Below are positions 35,880 to 49,512 of a stretch of DNA of 64,000 nt, in pieces. Every line of letters starts with the position of its first letter. Within the stretch, counting starts at the first letter, position 1. The notes under the pieces were generated by a model. That model was not told the origin of the DNA and searched no databases. It saw only the letters and a list, made by a program, of their open reading frames with translations. Made by a program: the position numbers and the translations under genes. The DNA comes from Octopus sinensis (Eukaryota): contig NC_043005.1 of NCBI RefSeq assembly GCF_006345805.1, positions 33,666,001 through 33,730,000 on the forward strand, in the 5' to 3' direction.

Positions 35880-37760
35880 TGCTGGCTGACTGGCAGGAGA
35901 AATGGGTACCACCATATGCACTCTCTTAACATGTCTTTTTAGACCTCCAACTGAGAGGTACACCCTTCCACATTTTACACATATTCTGTTATGAATTTTA
36001 ATAGCCACATCATTATTTATCATAGGTCGATTTCTATTAGAATTTTGATGGCTCTCCAGGCCTGCATGACTCAAACACCTCCACACACATAAAAAGCAAC
36101 ACTCTCTCACTTTCCACAGGTTTAGCCCTTCTAAGTCCCCTCCTAATTCTCACATACTTCCCTCTCTCCTTCTCAAACCTTGAACAACCATCATGCACTA
36201 TCTTCTTTCTCCATCCATCATGGTCTTGTACCTCCCTCTCCAATTTCCAGCTGCAATTCCTGTCTGTGCATTTTTAAGGCAATCTTTAAACCTTAGTTTA
36301 GGCTTATGCGCTGGTCTCCTGCCATCTTCCAGCTCATCATACAATAGCTGCTTTGGCAGTCGCCCATCACTCATCCTTACCAAATGCTCCTTCCACCACC
36401 ACCAACTCAAACGTCTTTGCAAAATCATTGACTCTATACTTCTACTGCCACTCCTCTCAAGTACCTCCACATTACTAATGGCCATTTTCCAGTTTATCCC
36501 CCAAATTTTTCTCAGACAGTATTGATGAAATCGTTCCAATTTCCTTACCTGCCTACGGTAAACAACCCATGCCTCACTTCCATATAGCAAAAATGGGAGG
36601 ATGCATGTGTTATACACCTTAACTTTAATTTCTAAAGATATACTATGTTGTTTCCACAGATGTCTATCAAGCCTACTAAAAGCACTACTAGCCCTGCTGA
36701 TTCTGTATGAAATTTCATCATCAAGACCAGCAGTGCTCAAGGTACTTCCTAAATAAATAAATCTAGGTACAGTCTCCAACCGTTGACCATTCACAATTAT
36801 AAAAGGTTCCACATACATCTTGGAGGGAGCGGGCTGGTACATTATAACAGTTTTTTTTATATTGATTGTTAGACCCAATGCTGCACATGTTGCAGAAATC
36901 GCATTCACCATGTGCTGCATATCTTTCTGAAAATGTGCCAACAGGTCACAATCATTTGCATACAGAAACTCAACAAGGTGAGAATGCAGAACTTTCATTT
37001 TGGCACAGAGTCTTTTGAGATTGAACAGTTTTCCTGTTGTCCTATATCAGGGCAACCTTTAAAAGGTATTGCGAAATATATAGCAAACAGTGTAGGAGCA
37101 GAAATATCACCTTGCTTTACACTATTTTCTACAGAAATTGGATCTGATAAGGTACCTCCAACATTAACTCTCAATTCCATCTTGTTATGAAATTGTCTAA
37201 GCATTCTCACAAATTTTTCAGGGCATCCTAGTTTTTTTAGGATCTCCCAAAGTGCAATTCTATTGATAGAAGCAAATATTTTTGTTAGATCAATGAAAAC
37301 CTGGTATGTTCATATCCTGTTTAATGCACTTCTCTTGCAATTGTCTAGCTGAAAATAACATATCCATAGTACTCCTACTATCCACATTGCGATTCTGGTA
37401 GAACCTCATCAGCAATGTGCAGAAGCAATCTATCCAGCATTATCCCACAGAGGACCTTTCCAGCAACAGCTAACAGACATGTGCCACGATAATTATCACA
37501 TACATCCTTTCCACCTTTAGATTTATATAGTATCTCCATAGTTGTATCATGCCAATCCGGAGGAACCTCTTCACTTTGCCAAACTCTCTGAATCACATCC
37601 ATCAACATTACACAAAGATGATCACCACCATATTTATATATCTCTGCACCTAGTCCATCCATACAGGGGCCTTTCCATTGTTGAGTTTCCTGATTGCTGC
37701 TTTATTTCACATAGCAAGCTTCCGCACTGTTAATTTTTACTAAATTCCCTTACAAGCATT
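35880..37760 (-). mobile_element. RTE-clade LINE (BovB-like) RT with C-terminal C2H2 motif, decayed
   Basis: DGLGAEIYK, NYRGTCLL, LPESQCG, VKQGDISAPTLF, LYANDCDL, FIYLGS, PKQLLYDEL..RR...PKLRFKD, then CVKCGRVYLSVGGLKRHVKRVH. Confidence 0.9.
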
Positions 37761-37879
37761 TGTTAAGCTATCAAACAGCCTTCTTGGCAGCTTCAGAGAT
37801 GGAATTTATAGCTCTTGTCTTTGCTGAACTAGTACCTCCAAGTTCAGTAAGAGCTTTGCAAAACAAATACCCTAAAAAA

Positions 37880-38470
37880 CCCTCGCAGCCTACATCAGCT
37901 GCTTCATGATGTGCCCTTCAGCCTTGGTAATAGCAGTCTTCAGTGAAGTTATGGTATTGTGAAGATATTGATTAGTCTCCCTTACAATAACATTCAAACA
38001 TAACAGTCCATGAGATTTAAAGCTGCCAAGTTTGAAGGCCATAAGTTTGGCGTTATATGATCATAAAGATTGTCTGACATCTGTCCTGGGGTTACTTGGA
38101 CTTTTTGAGAAAGTGCTGAGTCTTGTTGAAATACATATGGCCTTCCACTGCATACTTCATTCACCCAGGGCTTAACAACTGTCACCTGCACCTTAACACA
38201 CCCAGCAACATTAATTCTAAGTTGTTGACCCCTGATTTAAATGTTTCTGCCTCTAAAATATGTGGTCTGGTTAGAAACATGACGAGAAGGGATGCAGAAC
38301 ATGGCAGTGGTCCCTTGGTACAACTGTTAAGGGCTGATGAATTTCCTCCTCTGGCTTATCATGTCTCTCAACCCATTAGCACCCATGGTTCGTTTTTTAG
38401 GACCAGCAGGATAATCCATCATATTTCTGCAACACCTGTATTTTTCTGAGATATCTTTAGTTAGTCATCA
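37880..38470 (-). mobile_element. Tc1/mariner transposase 3' remnant
   Basis: YVFQQDSA...HITPNLWPSNLAALNLMDCYV resembles FQQDGAP...WPPNSPDLNPLDY. Confidence 0.75.
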
Positions 38471-39043
38471 AGAATGGAGTGTCTTTCAAATATTGTAATA
38501 AAATTTTTTATATATATTTAGTATCAGATAAAGTTGTATAAAAAAAGAATTTTGTTAATAAATTCAATAAAAAAGATTTGGGCTCTAATGGGTTAATTAA
38601 GGTGGAGGTAACAAAAGTGATTTTGTCCCTGGATGCTGAGAATCCTGGCTCTGCCTCTAGGCATAATACCTATGGTTATTGTTGTTATTCAGGGCAATGC
38701 ATTTAGGTAATGTTATTTAGTTATGAATCTTTTTGTTCCGAGTTCAAACCTTAATGAAGTCAATATTACCTGTTGCCTTTCCTGCGGCGGTAAAATAAAG
38801 TGCCAGTCAAATACTAAGGACAATTTAATCATCATCATCATCATCATCATTTAATGTCTGCTTTCCATGCTGGTATAGGTTATACTGAAACTGGTAAGCC
38901 GAAGAGCTGCACCAGGTTCCAGTCTGATTTGGCATGGTTTCTATGGCTGGATGCCCTTCCTAATGCAATCATCTATATCCTCCCCAAAATCTGCGACCTC
39001 ATGTTAATGTTTGAATTTATTATTGTCTACCTCTAGTATCAAA

Positions 39044-39285
39044 ATGGATATGATGCAACTATTGAAAGTTGCCGCTGTAATTACAGCTGCTCTTTTAGTA
39101 TGGAGTTGTGATAATGTTTCTGCCAATTACCTGAAACGGACCAGCAACACAGCTCTTTCTTCTTACATGAATTTAGAACAACAATTTGCTTTGGAATCAG
39201 AAATCATCAGTTTAATGCAAACCTTGAAAATAGAAGAGATGCGAGCAAAAAAAGATACAGAATTAGATTTAAACGAAATAGAAAT
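39044..39285 (+). CDS. P4HA: P4HA-like coding exon 1 (signal peptide, N-domain start)
   Basis: [27 protein letters not shown]... Acceptor ctctag|at 39037, donor AT|GTAAGT (phase 2). Confidence 0.85.
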
Positions 39286-42200
39286 GTAAGTATTCCTTGT
39301 TTTAATTTTTTTATTTTATTGCTTTCAGGTTTCTGCTACCTGTAAGATATGTTCCATATTTACTCATGTATGATTCTAACATGTGTATAAGTCACATTCC
39401 AGTTTTTTCAGCAACAGTGTGATATATACATGAATAAATATGGTGTTTATTATGAATTTACCACACAATCATACTCTTATATAGAGATGAATCATTTAGG
39501 TGAGGAAACTATTGTACTTAGAATTTATAGGCTACAGTGTTTTATTTAACTGGAAACTGACCTGATTTGTGATTGTGTGTTAAAACTGAAGTAATTACAT
39601 GATTTAAAAGTCATTTTAGCAATCTAAACACTGTTAGATTTTCTTTGTGTTTATTTCCAAGTTACAATAGGACTGTTTCATTGATCAGATTGCAATGGAG
39701 TGACAAAATTTTAGAAATTTCAATAAAATGTAAATTCCATAGATTTTGTTAGTTAGTTACAATAGCTCTGCCATGATGCGATTGCTTATTAATTCAATGT
39801 TTGATATATAAATTCTATACTGAGATGTAGTTTATTTAACTGTGGTGAACAAGTTTACAGCTCTGAAAATGTCATCTGCAATAGGTAAGAATACTGCCTG
39901 GAAAAAAGAACATCATACTTAGAGCTAATAATATGTTTTATGAGCTCCTGATGCTTGTATGGGAAACAGCTCAATGCAAAATAGAATCATCTTTAATTTA
40001 ATTGAAAAGATGTGTTAATTATAAGACTTCATTTATTTTTGTTTCTTTTCAGTCAAGTTAATCAATCCAAAGCTGTCCATAGAGTTGTTGGCACTGATCT
40101 TGAAGAATATCTTAACCATCCTTTTAATGCTTTCCATTTAATAAAACGGCTTTATTATCAATGGCTAAAGATCCTTAAGAAAATTCTTGGGAAGAAAATT
40201 CAACACAAAGGTTTGTGTGTGGAATTAATTTTCTTTTTGTTCTATTTATGGTTTCCTTTTTGCTGTTCTATTTATGTTCTTCTTTCAGAGTAAATCGTTT
40301 TATATTTATTAGAACGATATGTGAATTAAATAAAACCCTAAAGTCTTGGAAAAAGATATATCTAGTGGAAGTGAAATGTAAGAAGAAAATCAATGTTTAA
40401 ATTATATATAATGATAGATATCACTTATATGAACTAAAGGTGTGTTTCTGCCAATGTTTACATTGATAAGCATGCACTATAACCATGTTTACAGGGGAAT
40501 TTTTAGAAAAAAGAATTAAAAAAAGTTCATAATTATAGAGAACACAAAATTCTTTGCCTTTATCATAAGGGAACGAAATAGAGAGAATCAACCAATCTAA
40601 ATTAAATTGTTTATTATGGTATTTTAGATACCAAATTAATTTACTAAGCCCTGTACTGTTACGTTTATTCCTATCCCTAAATGTAGAGTAATGATTAGAA
40701 ATTCTTTTAGATAACTGAGAAGAAGAACTTCATATATAAAAAAAGACATCAGTACCTGAAGTAATTTTACACTGGTATATAGAGTTTTTAATCTTAGAAT
40801 TACTTGACATAAACTTAATTCTGTTGGAATTGACTTCAGAGACAATAACCTTGTTTTTAATATCTCCTCACATAATATTCATCTGTTAAATAAGAATCCA
40901 TTTACTAATACTAACATTAATTTAGCTAATATTATCCATCCCCCTAGAAATATTAATAACAAGGTTATTGTCTCTGAATTCAATTCCAACAGAATTAAGT
41001 TTATGTCAAGTAATTTGTACCCCTACCATCACTTGACACCCAATGTTGCTGTGTTTACATCCCAGTAACTTAGCAGTTCTGCAAAAGATACCGATAGAAT
41101 AAGTACTAGGCTAACAAAGAATAAATTCTGGGGTTGATTTCTTTAACTAAAGGCAGTGCTCCAGCATGGCTGCAGTTACATGACTGAAACAAGTAAAACA
41201 AAAAAAACTATGCCACTCTGCTAGTACTAAATAAAAGAAAATCCTCCAATAACTACGTTATCATTTACTCCCTCTTCTCCTTTTTTTCTCTCTTTTTGTG
41301 TATGTAGCATTCCTTTGTTCATTGCCTACCCCCAAGCCTAGTATGTGTATTCATCCTGTACCTCTTATATTAACTCATTGTGTATCTTTCTTTTACTCTC
41401 TCTCTCCCTCTCTTTATAGGATGTAAAGCTTGACTTGAAAAATCACTCAACCATATTTACATCAGCTACACACACACACACATATTTACCTATTCACTTA
41501 CTAGGCTCTGCCTCTGTACCCAACCTGTTCCCTGTTAAACCTTCTCCACCACTCATCTTCCTAACACCTATCCTTCCATTCTTCTAACTGTGACTCTATT
41601 CAGCTGCTGTAATCATGAGAGCAGAATGCACACATATTTCATTACCCCTTTGTGCTACCAGTTACATCCCGCCTCCTTGGAATCACTTCCTTTCAAAATC
41701 TATCCCGCATACTCAAGATCATCGCTTCTTACTAAATTTTCCACTAATCACCCCTTTCGGTGTGCCTCCTTGAGATATATCTGATGACTGTCATTACATT
41801 ATCTTTAACACTCTTTCTTAACTGCTATCATTCTCATCACCCTGGCATATCTGCCGTTGACAACCTCCTCATCACCTTTGCCCTTTGCTCACTATAGTCA
41901 CCCCAAAGTACCTCTGACATCCATCTCTGTCACCGTGTCTCTCTCTCTCTCTTTCTCTTTTGCCTCAACTCTCCCACCCTGCTCATCATCTCCCTATTCT
42001 ACTCACCTTCTTGAGAGTACAGACTCATAACTGCCATTATTGTCTTTTTCCCATCGACTCCAACTCACACTTATATAATATGTGAGTTAGCCACGTATAA
42101 CCTCTATAGCATGACACTTACACCTATCCCTCTTTCATAATTTAACCTTTCAGCAACTGGTATACAGTTCCTTCCTTCTCTACAACAAAACCACTCAGTC

Positions 42201-45200
42201 AAGGCTCTTTTATTTGTCTGGCAAGTTACATGGTGACCTCACTAGAGCCAGTGTCACATAAAAAGCCCCCCAATGCACTTCGTACAGTGGTTGGTGTTAG
42301 AAAAGACATTCAGCTATAGAAACCATTCTAAAACAGGCACTGCAGTTCAATGCAGTCCTTGGGTTGTTGAATTTTGTCAACCATCCAGCCTATGCAAACA
42401 GACATTAAATGATACCAATGATGATGATGATAATTGCTCCAATGGATGTGCAATGTAAGTGTGCTTGAATGTCATAGTACAAATGTGCTCTGATAAAGAC
42501 TGGGCACAGAAGAAATCAGATGTAGGCTGCAAGAAAAAAAGACTGCACTAGCATGGACATGTGATGTGTATGGATGAGAACAGCTGTACAAAGAAGTGCC
42601 AGTCACTAAATGTGGCTAGAGCTTGTGGACAAGGAAGATCCTAGAAGACATGAAATGAAATAGTGAAGGTTGACTTCAGAATCCTGAGCCTCGAAGAGAA
42701 AATGACAAAATATCAGGATATCTGGTGATATAAGGTTATCAATAAAACTGCTCCTCATGACAAAACTGATTTCTGGAAGCACTGCATGGTTATATATTTA
42801 TATACGAGGGATGTTCATTAAAGATTTCCCGTGATCCACTTCCCAAGGACTGGGATAAAGGAAACTTGGCATAATTATTAGTCCTTCTCTACACAGTCAG
42901 TACCAATGGAGTTACACTTCTCCTATTGCTTTATGCAGCTGTGATGACCTTGTCTGTAGAAGTCGATAGGTAGCATCTGGAGTCATGATTTTACTTTGGA
43001 AATAAGTTCATCATCATCCGAAAAGTGCTTCCCCTTCAAGAAAGACTTCATAGTTGTATAGCGGTGGAAGTTAGATGGTGTGAGCTCTGGAGACTAAGGG
43101 GGATGAGGAAGGATTTCATATCCGCAGGAGTGTGCTTTCATCTGGGTAACATGCACATTGTGAACTGGGGCATTGTTTTGGAGGAGGCAGACTCCTTTGG
43201 TCAGCATGCCATACCTCTCTGCTTTGATGGCATCCCACAATTTCTGCAGCAGAGAAGTATAATATTCCCCATTAATTGTGATGCCCTTTGTCAGGAAATC
43301 CATCATCACTACTCCACACTGGTATCAAAAGCCTGCTGATGGTTGGACACAAGCCTTCTTTGGAGGTGGTGAGTTATCATTTCACACATTTTGACTGCAT
43401 CAACTGCACACTGTTACATGTGCATCTTGGTGTTAATGTTGGCTCAGTATCATCAGGGTAATTGTTTACTGTCATTTGAAGTGAAGCTGAAGAAATCAGG
43501 AAGTTGAATGAATAAATTATTTTTAGGTGTTTGTGTTACTATAAATAGTTGTATTTTCATTGGCCCATGGTTCACCTTGGCTAACTTCAAATCACAGTAA
43601 ACAATGACCCTGATGATACTGTACTGACATTAACATCAGGATGCACATCTAACAGTGTGCAGTTAATGCTGTTGAAATGCATGTAGGTCTATGAAAGAAT
43701 GCTGTAAATAACTGTTTAATAAAATTATAGATGTGTTCTTCTGATTATTATTAATACACACACACACACACACACACATATATGTATGAGCACCTCAATC
43801 AGTCAATCACCACCATACATCACCTCCGACCCCCACACCATATCATCCTCTGCAGCTCTTCCCCTCCCATCCCAATACTATTTTTCTCCTTTGCTACTCA
43901 GAACCATCTCAATTGTTAACCATTCTTCATCCAGTAAATATTGTTCTCCACCCTCATATGTTACAATGGTCATCCTCCTCCCCCTCCCCTGTCTCTCTTT
44001 CCATACATTCTTGCAGACCTCCATTTCCCCCACCCACTACTGCTCCTGCTATCTGTTGTGTTACCTAGACACCTCATCACTACTGTCTATCTCCTTGGAG
44101 ATACACTTAATTCATTCTCACTCTCTCTCTCCTAAATGTGAGCTGCTATGTAGCTCCTCTACAAGAACCTGTTCTACTTCAAACTCTTCCCTCATTGCCT
44201 TAACCCCACTCCTCAGGTTTGTAGACTTGCAAGCAATAGTGCTTGTGGTACAAAAAAAAAAAAAAGAAAGAAAGCACCCAACACACACTGTAAAATGGTT
44301 GGCGTTAGGAGGAGCATTCAGTCATAGAGACTATGCCAAAGCAGACACTGGAGCATAATGCAGTCCTTCGACTCATTGGATTCTTGTCAAACTGCCAACA
44401 CATATCAACATTGAACATAGATGTTAAATGATGATGATGATGATGATGATGCTGTATAGGGATGAAAATATGGAATATCTCTCAAAATAATTTATTGTAA
44501 AGCAATGCTTTATTATTTAAAGTAACAGTTTACAAACTTGTGTAATACAGTAATCCCTCGCCATATCGTGGTTCACTTATTGCGGTTTGTTATATAAGCT
44601 TAGGTCAATTCCTCTGTGGTGTTGCTTTGCATTTATAATAAAATAAATATCTACAAATTATAAAATAATAATAAGAAAATACAGTACAGTACTGTTTCTA
44701 CTCTGTAGAATTTCACCTATCGCAGGGTGGTTTTGGAACTTAACTCCCGTGATAGTCAAGGGATTACTGTACATTATTTTCAAAATCACCACACATTAAA
44801 TAAAGGGAGAACCTGAGAAGCACACATTACTTTCGCTTCAATATTAATCTCCCACTATCCACAAACAGATAATCCCATTGCTTATTTCATTTGTCATCTC
44901 ATCACGGAGATGTAACAGGTATGGATTCATTCACACACACACACACACATGCATGCACACACTCACGCACACACACATGCAGAAATACACACCTGGGTAT
45001 AGTTATATAAGTTCTAATTTTTCTGGTTTAATTGCTCATCTTTTTGTTTTTATTTTCTTTTTAGGTCTGCGTTTGAAGTTAGATAATTTGGTTGAGAGTT
45101 TCCCTGATGAAGAAGACTTCATCACAATTTCATGGGGTCTAGCTAGGATGCAATATCTCAAGAACATAGACCTCACACTTCTAGTGAATGGCACTGTCTT

Positions 45201-45616
45201 CAACAAACATTCCCTACAGAAACCAACAGTCACTGACCTTTTTCAGATTTCACGAATGATTTTTGATGAAGGAAACTTCTACACTGCTAGTCAATGGTTG
45301 CGGGAAACTCTGAAAATATGCAAGAAGAGTGGCGAGAAAAATAAGTGTTCTGATGAGTTGCTAGATAACAAGACACTAAATATCACCAACATCTTAAATC
45401 TGTTAGCATCTTCTTTGTTTGAGGTGAGAAAATTCTGCTTTATTGAAATAAATTTTTGTCACTCAGTTTTATGTATGTGAGTGTGTATGTGTTTTGGCAT
45501 GATTTTTATGGCTGGATGCCTATACCAAAACAGACACAGAAGTCTGGTGCCATCTTTTGCCTGGAGAGCATCTGTCAAACTGTTCAACCCATGTCAGCAT
45601 TGAAAGCATACAATAA

Positions 45617-45660
<44 letters not shown>

Positions 45661-45913
45661 AGATGTGTGTGTGTACGTATATGTATATGTATATGCATCT
45701 ATGTATGTATGTATGTATGTATGTATTTATGTATGTATGTATGTATGTATGTGTGTATCTATATATATTTCCCCCTTCATATTTTTGAAGAGGTCTTAGG
45801 CCACCAGATTTGGGGTCTGACAATACGCCATAAGGCCAAACCCCTTATGGACAAGAAACAAGAAACCCAGGGTGACCCCATGAACCAGCCTCCCCTATTA
45901 CCCTATTATTATT

Positions 45914-45980
<67 letters not shown>

Positions 45981-46407
45981 ATATACATATATATATACAC
46001 ACACAAATATATATGTATGTATATATATATATATATATAAATAATGAGGGAGACAAATTAATATTAATTTTAATATCAATTTAAAACCAGTAGTCCAGCA
46101 TACAAAAATCTGAGGAGTCAGAGAAAATTCTAATATATGTGTATATTGGCAGGGCTTACTGCTAGGGAGTCGGCCATATGCTAGAAATAGACCATCAACG
46201 GTCAAACTACAAGGAAATTCTCTAGAGGAAAAATACAGCGAACACCAGAACCAATTTTGGCGGGCATGACAGATGAAAATTTATATAAAAAACAGAATTA
46301 AATGCATACCTCGGTTTCAGCCTTAACAAGAGAATTACTTATGCAATCCAATTGACCGTTGATGGTCTATTTCTAGCATATGGCCGACTCCCTAGCAGTA
46401 AGCCCTG

Positions 46408-46454
<47 letters not shown>

Positions 46455-47532
46455 ATGTATGTATATATATATATATGTGTATGTATGTATGTATATCCTT
46501 AAATCCTTAAAAATGTTTTAGCCTGAAGGCCGCGGCCATGCTGGGGCACCATATATATATACTTTTATTAAAGTTGCAAAATTGTCACAGAACTATTACT
46601 CAGAGTTTCACGTTCCTGTTTGTCGGACAGATGTGATGAAAACTGAATTAAAATTGTTCTGGTACATATAATATAATGTGATGTAATTCAAATACATGAA
46701 TAAGCATTTAAATTTGATTGGGTAGTTGCTTTCCAAAACATAACAGCTACCAGTTGTGTGTTAGTGAGGACTTTGAAAATTACTAGTAATGTATATGTAA
46801 ATATAAATATTATAAGACTACTTATATGCTCACCTGTGTGTGTGTGCACATGTGTGTAGAGTGTTTTCCCTCATAACATGTACAGATATGTACAGAGTCC
46901 ACCAGAAAAATGTTTATACACTTCAAGAAAAGAAAAGAAATATTTTAATAGTAAATTTATTCAGACATCACACTATTTATAAAAGTTACCTTTAACCTCT
47001 ACAATTACAAGATTTGCTGATAGTAGTGCTCATTAGCTTCCAGATACTTATTTGGTGAACTGTTAATTGGGCAACATTAGCCAAATGGTACAGTGGGCTT
47101 GCTGCACATACCATTTCAGTTTCTTTCCAAACTGTGTAGCAGTTTGTCTGCAATGCATAACATCATTTAGGATACCCCATAATTTTTCTTGTTGAAAAAT
47201 TCATCATTTACAAAAGCACATGCATGGCAGATACAAAAGATGTGCATAGCATGTCTAGGTATGCTTTGCCAGTAACAGTACCTTCAAAGAAAAATGGTCC
47301 TATTTAAACTCTTGATGACACTCCACATCAGACATTGACCACCCCCTGTAAATTGACTGGTTTTTAAAATGCCAACCATGTTGAAAAGGCCCAACAAAAA
47401 CAAAAATGGCTAAACATGACTTGTATTACTCCCATGATGTCTGAATAAAATTAGTATTCAAATGTTTCTACCCGTTTTTCTTTTTCTGAAGTGTGTAAAC
47501 ATTTTTTGGCTGACTTTGTACATGCATGTGTG

Positions 47533-47598
<66 letters not shown>

Positions 47599-49158
47599 TA
47601 AATGAAATAAAACATATGCATATATATAAACATATATGTACGTACCTACCTCTACATGTACATATACACGCATATATGAGTACAGGACACCAAAGGGACT
47701 TTGAACACAAAGAGAAACGGAAACATAGACACAAACCAAAGGAACTGGACATTTTTTTAAAAACAACAAAAAATGGAGTACAGGACAATTAACACAAAGA
47801 AAAAACCCCTTCTTCAGTCGCTATGGTTTCATCTACTCTACGTTTCGAAGGATAAAAGCGAGACATATCTTCCACAAGAAACTTTCCTTCCTGCGAAAAG
47901 CAAATCAATTAAAATTCTGAGATCTTTTCGCAGAGGGGTAAAAAATGGTAAAAAAATGGTAAAAAAGCAGGACAGTAACGACAGTACAAAAAATATAAAC
48001 AGTCAAAGACAGGACAGGGAAAAACAAGATAAGAAGGGCTGTTGACGCCGAACGAAAAAAGTATTGCAAACGCAGAATTTTTTGTGAACGACAGGGGAGC
48101 AGGAAAAATGTCGTCCAGTTACCTTGAAAGGCCAGGCCAGAAAGACAGTCAGAGCAGAAGGAGATAGTACTGCCCTGGGTCAAGAGGATGGCTGCTGGAA
48201 GACCCTGTGTCTGGTAACAGGACTCTGCACCTTGCCACATAAGCCGGAGAACCCAGTCATGGCTGTCAGACAATTTTTACAGCTACATCACCCCTGACAT
48301 CTAGCAACCTAGTTCCCCAGATTATTATGTGTGGGGCACAGTTAAGTGAGAGATCAACAAAACTTCTTGTAACACCAAGGATGAACTGAAGGCAAGGGTT
48401 ATGACAGCATTCACCAACTTAAACAAGGAATATTACTGTGTTCATTTCTTCTGGCAAAAATTCGCATTAGTGTTCTGACAGTATCAATTGTTTAGCTAAA
48501 GCTATTTACAAATTTATAATCAAGCAGAAAGTTCTCTGGGGTTTATGGGTGGTTCCTGTGAGTATTTTGACTCATCATACAGATAGATATATATAAAAAC
48601 AATATAGGAGTGTGGATATAGGTAGTGTTTTACTTTGTATTTAAATCCATGCAAGTGAGTGTGTATGGATAGGAAGAAGAAAAGGGAGAGAAGAAATCAA
48701 AATTGTAAGGAGAGAAGTAAAAGAAAATGGTCTTGAATTTCTTTGTTTTGATTTCAGTGTATATGTATTGTGAGAGGGAGCGTTGAGCATTTGATTTAAC
48801 CTTGATCCTGGTGGGCTGTTACATTAATGATTTTATAAGCTGTAAGGAGAAGGGAGCAAATTTTTGTTTAGATGCAATAAGTTGCAATTTCTGTTCAGGC
48901 ACCAGAGAAGGTGGAAAATGGGATTAGCTTGGTATCATTAAATATTTCACATGGGCCCCTGCTGTTCTGTCAATGTTATTGCTTAAGTGGGCATGTCACT
49001 TGCTAGTGATGCTACTATATGTTCATTGATGATCCCTGACCCCAATATAATATTGTCTTTCCTGTATGCTCAGTTATATAATAATAAAAACCACTGACAG
49101 TATTGTAGGAGCTTTTTATGAACACACTCAAAAACATTTCACATAAACGAACTTACAG

Positions 49159-49216
<58 letters not shown>

Positions 49217-49478
49217 AATAAATCTCTGAACGAGGTATATATATATATATATATGTATATCTTTGAAAAAGAGTAGAGATGGCTTTTTGGGAGAGGATAT
49301 TTTTTGTGTGTATACTTGCATACATTTTTCCATTTGAAAATGGCTAATTGAAGCTCAAAACTCATATGAGAGTAACTCACTGTAAACATTATTATTATCC
49401 CCCCGCCCAAAAAAAGCCATCTCTACTCATTTTTCAAATATATATAGTACTGTACCAAGAATTTTCTTTTTATTATTC

Positions 49479-49512
<34 letters not shown>

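Noticed and set aside
43607-43690. CTGATGA...GAAA hammerhead-like core
   Set aside because: No proper stem II or III. The motif is explained as part of the inverted-repeat arm.
43786-44358. 190-aa Ser/Pro/Leu-rich ORF
   Set aside because: A pyrimidine-rich decayed tract running into a family A repeat, with no domain or splice support.
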